DNA of 64,000 bases, taken from the IMG/VR virus record IMGVR_UViG_3300044701_001468; one strand, given 5' to 3'. A program made the position numbers and the translations under genes. The notes beneath the pieces were generated by a model. The model was not told where the DNA came from. It did not search any database and saw only the letters and a program-made list of their open reading frames with translations. The DNA comes from a virus. Positions within the stretch are counted from its first letter, which is position 1, and the number at the start of each line of letters is the position of its first letter. Shown here one piece after another: positions 52,839 to 63,042 of this stretch.

Positions 52839-53221
52839 TTCTTTCCACCTTTGTCTACAAATTGTTTAATGTGTTCAAGTTGATCTTTAGATAAAATTCT
52901 CAATGCCTGTAAAGCCTTATCGTCATTATAACCATAATACTCTTTGATTGCATCAAGGTAGTCTATAGATGCTTTTTTCGCCCAAGGTGAAAACCTTTTG
53001 CGAGGGTTGATACTATTTATAAAAAAGTCATATTGCATCTTCTTATCCAAATGAGGATACATGTTCATCTCATTGGCAAAGAGAACTGTATCATGGAATG
53101 CAGCAAGACACTTGTTGACAATAAAAGGTGGATATGCTTTCTCAGTCTCCTCGTCAATAACTAGGGACTTCTTGCTTTGATTGATGGAGGTCAGATAGTC
53201 TGACAAACTTGGTTTCGTCAT
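52835..53221 (-). CDS. Clamp loader small subunit (gp62)
   Basis: YPPFIVNK..ANEMN..QYDFF..YYGY..KA. Confidence 0.93.
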   Translation of the reverse strand: MTKPSLSDYLTSINQSKKSLVIDEETEKAYPPFIVNKCLAAFHDTVLFANEMNMYPHLDKKMQYDFFINSINPRKRFSPWAKKASIDYLDAIKEYYGYNDDKALQALRILSKDQLEHIKQFVDKGGKK

Positions 53222-54047
53222 AATTAGTAATCAAAAGTTCAGCACGATCTTTTTGCTCATTCATGTAGTCTCCCACTGAACGCATAGTATAAGTCAAATC
53301 CCATTTGGTTTGATAGTAACCATCATACCACTCCATAAGAGTTGGGTTGGTATTGTATGTAATCATCCATCGGTCTTTTACATTCCCCTGAGTAATCCAA
53401 GCATGAAACTCTTCATGGTTAAATCCTTTGTGCAGTTCTCCTTTCTTACCATAGAGATTATCTTTAATGTCATAAGGAGGATCAAAGAACCAAAACGTTC
53501 CAATAGGAGCAGATGTCATCATCATGTCCCAGTAAGGACCAGTAGTAATCTTCCAATTCTGAATCAGTTTTGAATACTCTAAGAGTTTGTCAATACCATT
53601 CATTGAGAAGTTTGATACACTTGCTTGGGGAGAGAAAGAAGATGCTTCAGTCAATCCACTGAAAGAACATTTATTGATGATATAAAAGGCAACAGCACGA
53701 TAGAAATCTTCTGCCTCTTTGTGATTCAGTTGAATCTTCATCTCATTGAAAAGTTTGCGAGCAAGGTCAGGTGTGTTGTAATCTTCTTTATATCCTTTGA
53801 TACAACGATGTAGTTCTTCTGCATCATCACGCAAAGCAAACCAGAAGTTTGTCAGTGGTTCATACAGGTCATTCACCCACACAGGAATGTCTGGATTTTC
53901 TTTTGTGAATGCGATTGCTACGCTACCGCCACCAAGGAAAGGTTCGCGGTATTCAGTAATATCCTTAGGCATCTTAGGAAGAAGATACTTAGTGGCACGA
54001 GATTTACCACCAGGATAACGAAGAGGGGTTTTCAAAGATTTCATCAT
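53154..54047 (-). CDS. Dam-like (D12 class) N6-adenine DNA methyltransferase
   Basis: LRYPGGKS, EPFLGGG, NDL, DPPY. Confidence 0.92.
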   Translation of the reverse strand: MMKSLKTPLRYPGGKSRATKYLLPKMPKDITEYREPFLGGGSVAIAFTKENPDIPVWVNDLYEPLTNFWFALRDDAEELHRCIKGYKEDYNTPDLARKLFNEMKIQLNHKEAEDFYRAVAFYIINKCSFSGLTEASSFSPQASVSNFSMNGIDKLLEYSKLIQNWKITTGPYWDMMMTSAPIGTFWFFDPPYDIKDNLYGKKGELHKGFNHEEFHAWITQGNVKDRWMITYNTNPTLMEWYDGYYQTKWDLTYTMRSVGDYMNEQKDRAELLITNYDETKFVRLSDLHQSKQEVPSY

Positions 54048-54556
54048 ACATGTTCCTCAATAAGTTTACGAAGTTTGATACCAAAGTCATCTTTCTGCTT
54101 TGGTTTAACAAAGAACTCAATCATATGTAAGTCATCATAGTTAACAAAAGATGTGATAACAGCATCTTTAATAACTACATTTTTAGCAACTGCTTCCCAT
54201 GTTGCCCAACCAACAGACATATTTTTTGTGTCTTTGAGAATAATATAATCAAAAGTTTTTACAAACTCTGTTTGATTGCCTTGGAAGTTTTTTAAAATAA
54301 AAACTTTTGTTCGGTCAATAGTTTTACAGAACATTCCTTCCTGTGCTTTATCTTCTACTGATAAACCATTACAATCAGTGTAATCTTTTCCATCTTCTTT
54401 GTCACCAACATAAGTAAGTTGATTACCACTATATTTGGAAGTAGCAATCTCTTGTATTTCTGTTCTTAATGCTCGGGTTTGTTTCCGTTTGAGACCTGCA
54501 GTGGATTCAACCGCCCCAAAAATTTCTTCCCAATCAAAGAGTTTCCAGTCAATCAT
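54044..54556 (-). CDS. Putative restriction-endonuclease-like protein
   Basis: GKDY..VEDK (PD-(D/E)XK-like); coupled to the MTase. Confidence 0.45.
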   Translation of the reverse strand: MIDWKLFDWEEIFGAVESTAGLKRKQTRALRTEIQEIATSKYSGNQLTYVGDKEDGKDYTDCNGLSVEDKAQEGMFCKTIDRTKVFILKNFQGNQTEFVKTFDYIILKDTKNMSVGWATWEAVAKNVVIKDAVITSFVNYDDLHMIEFFVKPKQKDDFGIKLRKLIEEHV

Positions 54557-55497
54557 TTAAATTTACACTCCACCATGATTTCAGTTAGACAAGCGAGAAG
54601 ATTAATCTCTTGATCCGCTACAAAAGCAATTTGATATTGATACTTAGCAAGCACCAAAACTGCTGGGGGAATAGAAGAACCTTCGAGACATTCACTCAAG
54701 GAATTGTAGATTTTACGAATGATGGTATTGGGATCACTATCCATATTATCAACAACCCACTGACGCACAACATTATATTCTTTGTTCTTCATCGCTCGCA
54801 TGAGATGGTCAATATTGACATCTGCAATATCACAGAGAACAGCAGTGTCAAGTGAACCACCAGCAGAGTGGCGCTGCGCTTCGTTCAGCAGACGGCGCCA
54901 GTCGGGGTAGTAACGCTGAATCAGTTTGACCAGCACCTTGTCCTCATACGCCACGCCAGAGGCGTCTAGGATGCCCTTCAAGCGGTCGAAGAACTGCGCT
55001 TGGAGTCGTTGCTGCTCCCCCGTCTTAATACGGAAATCAACGACCGTACAGCGAGAGTGAAGTGGTTCAGCAATCTTGTTAATGAAATTACAAGTAAAGA
55101 TGAACCTACAATTTGAATGAAACTCTTCAATAAATGTACGAAGAGATAGTTGTACGTCAGAAGTTGTATTGTCTGCTTCGTCAATAATAACAACTTTGTG
55201 TTTGCCACCGCCAACCAAAGATTTAGTAGTAGCAAATTGTTTTACACGAGTGCGAATAGTATCAAGAAATCGACCTTCATCAGAACCATTGATAACAATA
55301 TAACTAAGATCAAGTTCTTCGCACAATGCTTTGGCAACGGTAGTCTTACCAACGCCAGGAGGACCAGACAGAAGAAGATTAGAAATCTCACCCTGTTCAA
55401 TGAATCCAGTAAACACTTTCTTTAACGAATTAGGGAGGATACAATCTTCAATCGTATGAGGACGATATTCCTCCACCCACAGAAAATTTTTCATCAA
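54553..55497 (-). CDS. Clamp loader large subunit (gp44)
   Basis: WVEEYRP, GPPGVGKT, IDEAD, HSRC. Confidence 0.97.
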   Translation of the reverse strand: MMKNFLWVEEYRPHTIEDCILPNSLKKVFTGFIEQGEISNLLLSGPPGVGKTTVAKALCEELDLSYIVINGSDEGRFLDTIRTRVKQFATTKSLVGGGKHKVVIIDEADNTTSDVQLSLRTFIEEFHSNCRFIFTCNFINKIAEPLHSRCTVVDFRIKTGEQQRLQAQFFDRLKGILDASGVAYEDKVLVKLIQRYYPDWRRLLNEAQRHSAGGSLDTAVLCDIADVNIDHLMRAMKNKEYNVVRQWVVDNMDSDPNTIIRKIYNSLSECLEGSSIPPAVLVLAKYQYQIAFVADQEINLLACLTEIMVECKFK

Positions 55498-56156
55498 GGT
55501 TCAAGAGCAATGTAATAGGTTAAATCGAGGTTAAGATTTTTCCACTCAGTAATATAATGTTTAGAAACACCAACCGAGTAATCTCCTTGAAGAAGACGAA
55601 TGTTTTCAACCTTGAGAGTAAGGGAATGTTCACCTTCAAATGTTCCAGGAACAATCAAATCATAAGTGTTTGATGTCGAACTTTCATTGTCTTTAACAGA
55701 AAGAACAATTTCATCAGTAGTAATAATATTCAAATCAGGAATATCATAGATTCCTTTTGCTTTCTGAATACCAGAAATATCAGAAGCAGAAAGAGTAAAT
55801 TGAATATCAGAACCAGGATAGTTTACTTTCTTATCTGGTGCAGTTTTCAAAGTAATCTCAGGATCACTGAAGTAATACTTGGTGCGACTACGACCACCCT
55901 GAATAGTAACATAATCATCATTGTCAAATACCAGAACAGGATTATCGAACAATGACATACCAGAAAGAAACTGGTTTAAGTCGTAAATAGCAAAGGTGCG
56001 AGGGAAAGTTTCTTCCACGGCGGCGGTAGCTAGAATGTTCTCAGCATTGCTGATAGTCTTCAAAACATTACCTTTGTTAATAACGATGGACGTATTAATC
56101 GTCGCAAAGTTTTTTAGAATCTGAAGTGTAGATGGGGAAAGTGCTACTGTACTCAT
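55494..56156 (-). CDS. Sliding clamp (gp45)
   Basis: LKNFATIN.SI, FAIYDLNQFL, YYIALE. Confidence 0.95.
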   Translation of the reverse strand: MSTVALSPSTLQILKNFATINTSIVINKGNVLKTISNAENILATAAVEETFPRTFAIYDLNQFLSGMSLFDNPVLVFDNDDYVTIQGGRSRTKYYFSDPEITLKTAPDKKVNYPGSDIQFTLSASDISGIQKAKGIYDIPDLNIITTDEIVLSVKDNESSTSNTYDLIVPGTFEGEHSLTLKVENIRLLQGDYSVGVSKHYITEWKNLNLDLTYYIALEP

Positions 56157-56440
56157 CGGTGGTAATCTTCACGGGTTGCATTTTTATCATTAAAATTCAT
56201 GAGAAGAACTGCGTAATGCAGCACCTTCATAATATCCATACGGGCGCTACCTTTTTTATCGTAACGAGAAGCATACTTGAGGATATTACTGCGACAGAAT
56301 GCTTCTCCATCACCACATGCTTCGATCAAATCAAGGGTTTGAATTTTATCATCACCAGCAGAATAATGCTGCTGATAGGTTTTGGCGATGTAATCTCGCA
56401 GTTCATTGAGGATTTGCTCCTCGTTGTATTTCCATTGCAT
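56153..56440 (-). CDS. DUF3310-like conserved protein
   Basis: QHYS..QTLDLI..FCRSNILKYASRYDKK. Confidence 0.8.
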   Translation of the reverse strand: MQWKYNEEQILNELRDYIAKTYQQHYSAGDDKIQTLDLIEACGDGEAFCRSNILKYASRYDKKGSARMDIMKVLHYAVLLMNFNDKNATREDYHR

Positions 56441-56442
56441 AG

Positions 56443-56643
56443 TTAAGCGTCCTCCAAGACACATTCAATATCAGTAATATAGCATGTTGCGGGTTCATAG
56501 TCAACCCCATTGCCAGAATAAAGATGACCAATGTAACACGGGCAATTTTTGCCACCAAGCCATTGGTAAATTTTACATTTGATTAAAAAAAGACCCCCAT
56601 CCATTTTGCGAATGAGGGTGTGACGAGGGAGATTATCAAACAT
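56443..56643 (-). CDS. Hypothetical protein
   Basis: 66 aa ORF coupled to cobS. Confidence 0.55.
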   Translation of the reverse strand: MFDNLPRHTLIRKMDGGLFLIKCKIYQWLGGKNCPCYIGHLYSGNGVDYEPATCYITDIECVLEDA

Positions 56644-57725
56644 CAGAAGGTTGCAGGTTCAGTGGTTTCAGTAGGAGCATCGATAGAAGCATCAATCTTA
56701 GTGTAGAGTTCCATGAAGGATTGCTTAGTCTCATCATCAAAACGAGCAATACACACTTCGATTGCTTTCTTGCGCTTGCCGAAGATGCTGAAGGCACGAA
56801 TAACGTGAACCAGACGACGGGTGGAAATGATTTCGTCAACACCACCATCGTAGAAGGTCTTACGAATAATCTCTGCCCATGCAACCAAGCGACTCACAAA
56901 CTCCTCATCATAGCAGTTGAGTGCCTCAGAAGCTTTCTTAAGGATTGCAGTTTCAACCTTAGGAGTAGGATATGCCTGCTCAAAGGTTACAGGGAAACGC
57001 TCAAGGAATGCTTCGTTGAGAACGTTAGTGCCGATGAAACGACCATCATCACTGCCCTTACCTTTGGTGTTGGCAGTAGCAACAACGTTGAAACCATCAG
57101 CGGGTTTGACATACTTACCGATCTTCTTAAGGAAGACGCCCTTACCCTCAAGCACAGATTGCAGGCAGAGGATTTTGTTAGAGGCAAGGTCAATCTCGTC
57201 AAGCAGAAGAATAGCACCGCGATTCAGTGCTTGAACCACGGGACCATCGTGCCACACGGTTTCACCATTGACAAGACGGAAACCACCAATCAGGTCATCC
57301 TCATCAGTCTCAATCGTGATGTTGACACGAATCAGTTCACGCTTCAGTTGAGCACAAGCTTGCTCCACACTGAAAGTTTTACCGTTACCAGAGAGACCAG
57401 TGATGAAGATAGGATAATACTGACGAGAAGAAACAATCTTCTTAATATCACTAAAGTTACCAAAGCTGACGAAGGAAGCATCTTTCGCAGGAATAAAGTT
57501 TTCAGGGGTTTCTGCCACAGGTTCAACGGCGGGTTGATTATAAGTTTGCTCCAGTTGTTCAATAGCAGTCAGATGCCACATGCCACGATGCACCTTAAAC
57601 TGATCCAGTTTTTTGGTGAGAGTTTGGTAGGACATACCAATCTCGTCGGCATAGGTGCGAAGGTCAGCGGCAGTCACAACAGAACCAAAGCGGTCAATCA
57701 GTGGGGCGACTTCAAAGTTTTTCAT
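56643..57725 (-). CDS. cobS: MoxR-type AAA+ ATPase (annotated cobS in cyanophages)
   Basis: GLSGNGKT, LLDEID, ATANTKG, LNEAFLERF; start reassigned to MKNF; promoter TTGTGC-17-TATAAT at 57751-57779. Confidence 0.9.
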   Translation of the reverse strand: MKNFEVAPLIDRFGSVVTAADLRTYADEIGMSYQTLTKKLDQFKVHRGMWHLTAIEQLEQTYNQPAVEPVAETPENFIPAKDASFVSFGNFSDIKKIVSSRQYYPIFITGLSGNGKTFSVEQACAQLKRELIRVNITIETDEDDLIGGFRLVNGETVWHDGPVVQALNRGAILLLDEIDLASNKILCLQSVLEGKGVFLKKIGKYVKPADGFNVVATANTKGKGSDDGRFIGTNVLNEAFLERFPVTFEQAYPTPKVETAILKKASEALNCYDEEFVSRLVAWAEIIRKTFYDGGVDEIISTRRLVHVIRAFSIFGKRKKAIEVCIARFDDETKQSFMELYTKIDASIDAPTETTEPATF

Positions 57726-57795
57726 GGTGTGGGTCGTTTGGTATGTAGATATTATAGGGCAAAAGAGGTGGGGGCACAAGCCCCCATTGATTAGG

Positions 57796-59940
57796 TTAAC
57801 TAATGAGTGAGGCAAAGGAGGTCAGCATCTTCTTATTAACACCTTTCTTAGCGAGTGCTTTAGTAAATGCCTTGCCAATTTCTTTCTCGGAAGCATCATC
57901 CTCAACCTCAAATTCGCTATTCGCAGATAGCGAATCGGTGCCCATCAGATAGAGTGCCTGGTAACCCAGATGCTCAACAAGTTCAGCGGACTTGTTTTTC
58001 TTCCACTGCTTCTGAACTTCATCCCAAGAAGTTTTACATTCTTCAGCACTGTAAGTGCTATTCAGACCACGACCATTCACCAGACGAATACCAATCAGGT
58101 TTACATCGGGAAAGCGATCACGAACATTTTGAAGAAACACTTTGGTGATTTTATCAGAGTTACCATAGTAACCACCATCATCAAAGCGAGCATACACACG
58201 ACCAGTTTTACGATCACGCAAAACACAATCATTGGTTACATGATTCGTGCCCATACGACTACCATACTTCTGATCAGTGTAGTAGTTGATGCTAGCAGAT
58301 TCGCCGTCAGTCAGAATAATAACATTAGTCTTTTGAACTTTGTTACGTTTTTGAAAGGCAGGAATAAGTGCGGTAAGAGAAATAGCAGCTTCATGAAGAG
58401 GAGTGCCAGACAGACTATATCCAGCAGGCATAGAGTAACCAGAGTAACTACCATTGCCAACAACAAGACGCCAGAAGTTTTTGAGTTGTGCTTCAAGGTC
58501 TTTGCCATTACGACCATTACCACTGACAAGATTCAGCAGACGAAAGTGTTCGCAAAGTTTGACTTGACCTGCTTTAGCTTTCTGTAGATGTTGGGGTTTG
58601 GTGCGAACACCAGAAGAATAGTCGTAGGATTTGTTATACCAATAGTCATTGGTGAAAGCATAGATGTCAAAAGGAATCTGCACTTTTTTACAGAACCATG
58701 CGAGGTTCAGCAGTTGCTTAGCAGTATCTTGCAATATACCACCCATAGAACCAGACCAGTCAAGGATAAAAATCAGACCATGATTCTTACCATCGGGCAC
58801 AACATTGATTTTCTTGAACACATCTTCATTCCACTTGTAGGTATGAAGCATAGCAGTATCAAGAACTCCAGTCTTGGCAGTGCTAGCACGAGCATACTGG
58901 TCTGCAGACTTACGCATCTCAAACTCTTTCACAAGATAGTTAACCTCGCGTTGAGCTTCAGCACGAAACTTCAGATACTGATTGTCAACTTCTTTGAAGA
59001 GAACTTGCGCCTGCTCATTGAAACTAGTGTTACAATCATCTTGCACTTCTTTGTTGCTGATGACAAAAGAATCTACATTAAGGTCAGGAAGCTCAATGTA
59101 GTTGAGGTGCTGAGAGCGAGGATACTGACTAATGAGTTGTTTCTGATTCTCAGTGAATGCCTTGTCAGTTTCAGACTCAAGCGTATTAGTTTGACCACCG
59201 CCATTGGTAGCACCTTCACCCTGACCATCAGGTTGATCGGAATCAGCACCCTTAGTTTGGTTGCCGTCGCCAGAAGTTTGCTGAGGTTGATCACCTTCAC
59301 CATCGGTAGGATCACCCCCACCTTGAGTGGAATCACCCCCACCTTGAGTAGATTGCTGGATGTCTGCCTGTGCTTCTACGACCTGCTGTTGTTCCTGTTG
59401 CTCAGTGTATGCGAGAATCTTGCGAGCAACATCCACAACTTGTTCAAAGGTTTCAGCATCAGCAAGTTCATCTACAATATCTTTCTCTTCAGCATTCCAA
59501 GAGAACACTTCGCCAGCATGAATACCAACCTTAAAGTAAAGATTGATGCGATCAATCAGAGCATAACTATCCAGTTCACGTTCACCGATACAGAAGAAAT
59601 CCTGATCTTGAAGTTCTTTGTAACCAGAATAGAAGTTACGAGCAAGACCAGGAAACTTACGCTTCATCAGTTTCTCAATGCGAGCATCCTCACACACGTT
59701 GAGATAAGACTGAGGAATGCCATAGTCATCACCCCATTTATCAGGAGTGTAGATAGCATGACCCACTTCATGACCCACCAGCATATCGTATACGTTGGCA
59801 GATGCCCGCTCCCACATAGGAAGAGTCAGGATACGATCTTTCACGTTAAACATCGCCGTTTCTACAGGGCGGTGCTCTACAATAAGGTTCTCGGTGGCGA
59901 GCAGGCGAGCGAGGTTGCCCTTGACTTCGACGTTTAACAT
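57796..59940 (-). CDS. CobT-like VWA / HEXXH-domain protein
   Basis: HEVGH, EDARIE, LDWSGSM (MIDAS), LTDGE; promoter TTGCTT-17-TATAGT at 59964-59992. Confidence 0.85.
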   Translation of the reverse strand: MLNVEVKGNLARLLATENLIVEHRPVETAMFNVKDRILTLPMWERASANVYDMLVGHEVGHAIYTPDKWGDDYGIPQSYLNVCEDARIEKLMKRKFPGLARNFYSGYKELQDQDFFCIGERELDSYALIDRINLYFKVGIHAGEVFSWNAEEKDIVDELADAETFEQVVDVARKILAYTEQQEQQQVVEAQADIQQSTQGGGDSTQGGGDPTDGEGDQPQQTSGDGNQTKGADSDQPDGQGEGATNGGGQTNTLESETDKAFTENQKQLISQYPRSQHLNYIELPDLNVDSFVISNKEVQDDCNTSFNEQAQVLFKEVDNQYLKFRAEAQREVNYLVKEFEMRKSADQYARASTAKTGVLDTAMLHTYKWNEDVFKKINVVPDGKNHGLIFILDWSGSMGGILQDTAKQLLNLAWFCKKVQIPFDIYAFTNDYWYNKSYDYSSGVRTKPQHLQKAKAGQVKLCEHFRLLNLVSGNGRNGKDLEAQLKNFWRLVVGNGSYSGYSMPAGYSLSGTPLHEAAISLTALIPAFQKRNKVQKTNVIILTDGESASINYYTDQKYGSRMGTNHVTNDCVLRDRKTGRVYARFDDGGYYGNSDKITKVFLQNVRDRFPDVNLIGIRLVNGRGLNSTYSAEECKTSWDEVQKQWKKNKSAELVEHLGYQALYLMGTDSLSANSEFEVEDDASEKEIGKAFTKALAKKGVNKKMLTSFASLIS
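59311..59349. repeat. 18-bp direct repeat, 21-bp period
   Basis: atcacccccaccttgagt x2 in the low-complexity linker (STQGGGDSTQGGGD). Confidence 0.8.
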
Positions 59941-60003
59941 GGGTCTCTTTCGTTGATGAACCTACTATACGACGAAAGGGGTGCCGAAGCAACCCCTGTT
60001 AAG

Positions 60004-61728
60004 TTAGTCTAATGTGTCTTCAGTAACGTATGAGTAATTTTTATGTTTCTCAAATCGTAGACAACGATCAAACTTATCCGCCATATTGTCGCGGTGAGAA
60101 ATAACAAATACGTTTGTCTTCTCATCAAAAGTTTTAAGAATCCATCCTAAGTCGCTGTTACCATTTTGATCAAGTGACCCGTCAAAGATTTCATCAAGGA
60201 TTAGAAGATTAGTATCCACGCTATTCTTAAGTTTAGCAACGCTACGCCAAGTAAGCAACAGAGCGATATCAATCCTAGCCTTTTCTCCTTCACTAAAAGA
60301 TTCATAACTAAATTCATCTCGGTAACGTGATTTGATTACTTCTTCAAAGTTTTCATCAAGGGTAAAGCTGGAAGCAAACTCCATCTTTTCCAAATACCCA
60401 TTGATGAGTTTATTCATCGTCGGGAGATATTTTTTGATGATCCTCGTTTTGATCCCCGAGTCTTTGAGTAACTGCGCCGCTGTGAGGAGGCAATCTTTTT
60501 CTTCTTTTGTTTCTGAAATCGTTTCTTGGATTCGCTTCCCATCTTCGCTGAGGGATTTAAGTATCGAAAACTGCTCCCGTTGATTGACATCTGAATTCCG
60601 CAGTTTTCTGATGTCGTCGTCCAGTTCTTCAATACGTCGATGAAGTGAGGTAATGTCATTCTTTAGTTGTCGGTTCTTTAGATTGAGTTCGTTTATTTCA
60701 TCAATCAGAAGAACAAAGGTATTCTCTTGACTTTGGAGATTGGAAAGTTGTTGTCCCAAATCAGACATTGCTTTCTCCACCTCAGCAAGTTTATCCGTGA
60801 GAACTTGGATCTTTTCTTGTTTAAAATGTTCCTCAATCGATTGCCCGCATGTCGGGCATGAATCATTCTGTTGAAAGAATACTTTTTCTTTATTATATGA
60901 CTTTTGCTTGGTTGTAATTTTGTTCTTGAGCGAGTCAACCTTAGCGATCGTTGCTTTAACTTTCGACGTGTCTGAAACGGCAGTGGTCTTAACGTTGATT
61001 TCCTTGTCGTTATCGAGAATTTGTGTCTCATAATTTAGAGCTTCAGTTAAAAGAATTTCTTTCTTATTTTCTTTCTCTTGGATGTGTTCTTTGTTTTTCT
61101 TTTCAATGTCAAGCATGAACTGCTTTTGCATGTCGATCTTCTCTTTAATTAAAGAGAATTTATATTCATGGTCTTTCAGTTCATCGTTAATAATTTTAAT
61201 CTTCTCCTTAAGATTGACATTCATGGTTGAGAAGATTTGAATGTCAAGGATGTCTTCGATGATTTCTCTACGAGCTGCCAACGGAAGACGCATAAAAGGC
61301 ACAAAGGTCGATGACCCAAGCACCACAATTTGAGTAAATGATTTGTAATTCATTTTGAGAATGGTCTGCTCAAAATGTTTTTGCTGATCTACAGCAGAAG
61401 CATCTTGATTAAGAAGAGCACCATTCTGATAGATTTCGAACTTCGCTGGTTTGATACCACGAATCACTTGGTATTTATTCTTACCAACATCAAAATTAAG
61501 TTCTACAACACAATCACTTTGATTGATTGAGTTGATCAGTTGGGGTTTATTAATCTTTCTAAAAGGTTTACCAAACAAAGCAAACGTAAGAGCATCCAAA
61601 ATGGTGCTCTTTCCTGCGCCATTAGAACCTACAATGATAGTGCTTTTTTTACTGGTCAGGTCAACCTCAGTGAACTGATTACCAGTTGAAAGAAAGTTCT
61701 TCCATTTAATCGTCTTGAAGATTATCAT
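60004..61728 (-). CDS. SMC-like recombination ATPase (gp46)
   Basis: GSNGAGKST, CPTC hook, FSEGEK, ILDE; start MIIFK. Confidence 0.96.
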   Translation of the reverse strand: MIIFKTIKWKNFLSTGNQFTEVDLTSKKSTIIVGSNGAGKSTILDALTFALFGKPFRKINKPQLINSINQSDCVVELNFDVGKNKYQVIRGIKPAKFEIYQNGALLNQDASAVDQQKHFEQTILKMNYKSFTQIVVLGSSTFVPFMRLPLAARREIIEDILDIQIFSTMNVNLKEKIKIINDELKDHEYKFSLIKEKIDMQKQFMLDIEKKNKEHIQEKENKKEILLTEALNYETQILDNDKEINVKTTAVSDTSKVKATIAKVDSLKNKITTKQKSYNKEKVFFQQNDSCPTCGQSIEEHFKQEKIQVLTDKLAEVEKAMSDLGQQLSNLQSQENTFVLLIDEINELNLKNRQLKNDITSLHRRIEELDDDIRKLRNSDVNQREQFSILKSLSEDGKRIQETISETKEEKDCLLTAAQLLKDSGIKTRIIKKYLPTMNKLINGYLEKMEFASSFTLDENFEEVIKSRYRDEFSYESFSEGEKARIDIALLLTWRSVAKLKNSVDTNLLILDEIFDGSLDQNGNSDLGWILKTFDEKTNVFVISHRDNMADKFDRCLRFEKHKNYSYVTEDTLD

Positions 61729-61993
61729 AATTTGGCGGAGGAATAATAATGTCGTCAGGTTCAACTACAATGTATTTCATTCCTCTCAGTTCACACATAC
61801 CGATGCCTGCTTTAGCATCAACTTCATATGTTCTGAGAGGTGGGAGGTCGCCATCTTTATCGTTAGCTTCCAATAATCCGAGATACCTATCGGCATCGTC
61901 TTCGTCTTCAAAGAAGTATACCACATGATCACCCTCGTCGTCAATGACTGAGTATACGCCATCGGGATGCTCTTTAAGGGTGATGAGGAACAT
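61706..61993 (-). CDS. Conserved hypothetical protein
   Basis: FEDEDDADRY motif, located between gp47 and gp46. Confidence 0.75.
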   Translation of the reverse strand: MFLITLKEHPDGVYSVIDDEGDHVVYFFEDEDDADRYLGLLEANDKDGDLPPLRTYEVDAKAGIGMCELRGMKYIVVEPDDIIIPPPNYDNLQDD

Positions 61994-63042
61994 TATACTA
62001 CCTCACAGCTTTCAATATATAGGGTTTTCATAATATTCTTGAGTTTGTCTTTGTTGACGGATATCTCTACTTCGTCAATGTATTCATTTAGAAGTGATAG
62101 AGTATCTTTGATTTCTACATTCTCTTCTGTGTCTTCAATATCACTAGTAACCAAAGTCTCGATAATTTTAACATCATGCGGTTGAGAAGCAAATACGGAA
62201 TCTACATACTTCTCAAATGCTAGATAATCTTTTTTATCTTCTACGATAATCTTGACAAAAGTATTTGTACACTCAGCGGGAGTGACGCTGAGATGAGAAT
62301 CAGTAGAATCATTATAATAGATTTTCGTGAAAATCTCATAAGGGTTCTTGACCCGCTTGAGTTTATTTGTCTTTGGTTCATATAGATGAAATCCTCGCTC
62401 GTCTTTATAATCGTTCCAGAACATCTGGTAAGGATTGCCAAGATAGGTAATGTTACCTCTAGATGATTTGTGGTGATAGTGACCTGAGAATACTTGTTTG
62501 AACTTAGAGAAGATAGAAGCATCCATGCCATGATCCATCTTCATACCAGGAGTAACTTCAAATCCATTCAACTCCAAGTGACCCATAGCAATTTCGGCAT
62601 TGGTATCATTAATCCATGTCATTGTCTCATCGTAGTTCTGAGAATTAATCCATGGCATCATTAGAATTTTAGTATCCTCAATCATTACTGTTTCTGGTTT
62701 TGAATAGATTTCAATGTTACTAAAATCTTTTAGCAGAAGTTCTGGCGAATTAATTTCGTTGGTGTTCTTATAGTATACACAATGATTACCAAGAATCATG
62801 TGAACATAAACACCCATATCTTCTAGGCGTTGGAAATAATGCCGACGCACACGATTCCAAACATTAAAGTCAATACCTTTGCGATTGTCAAAGGTATCTC
62901 CCAGGTCAATAATTGTTTTGATGTTATGCTTTTCTAGTGTAGGAAAGAACACATCATCATAAAACTTTTTGAAATATTCCCAGAACGCGACGCTACCTTT
63001 TCTTCCGTCAAGGTGTTGGTCAGTAATAAGGGCAATTGTCAT
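61993..63042 (-). CDS. Mre11-like recombination nuclease (gp47)
   Basis: TDQH, DLGDTFD, GNH, SGHYH. Confidence 0.96.
   Translation of the reverse strand: MTIALITDQHLDGRKGSVAFWEYFKKFYDDVFFPTLEKHNIKTIIDLGDTFDNRKGIDFNVWNRVRRHYFQRLEDMGVYVHMILGNHCVYYKNTNEINSPELLLKDFSNIEIYSKPETVMIEDTKILMMPWINSQNYDETMTWINDTNAEIAMGHLELNGFEVTPGMKMDHGMDASIFSKFKQVFSGHYHHKSSRGNITYLGNPYQMFWNDYKDERGFHLYEPKTNKLKRVKNPYEIFTKIYYNDSTDSHLSVTPAECTNTFVKIIVEDKKDYLAFEKYVDSVFASQPHDVKIIETLVTSDIEDTEENVEIKDTLSLLNEYIDEVEISVNKDKLKNIMKTLYIESCEVV

Noticed and set aside
58588-59937. 449 aa plus-strand ORF (also 56721-57794, 22752-23567, 49694-50353)
   Set aside because: Codon-aligned shadows of real minus-strand genes caused by codon bias; no RBS and no protein-like motifs
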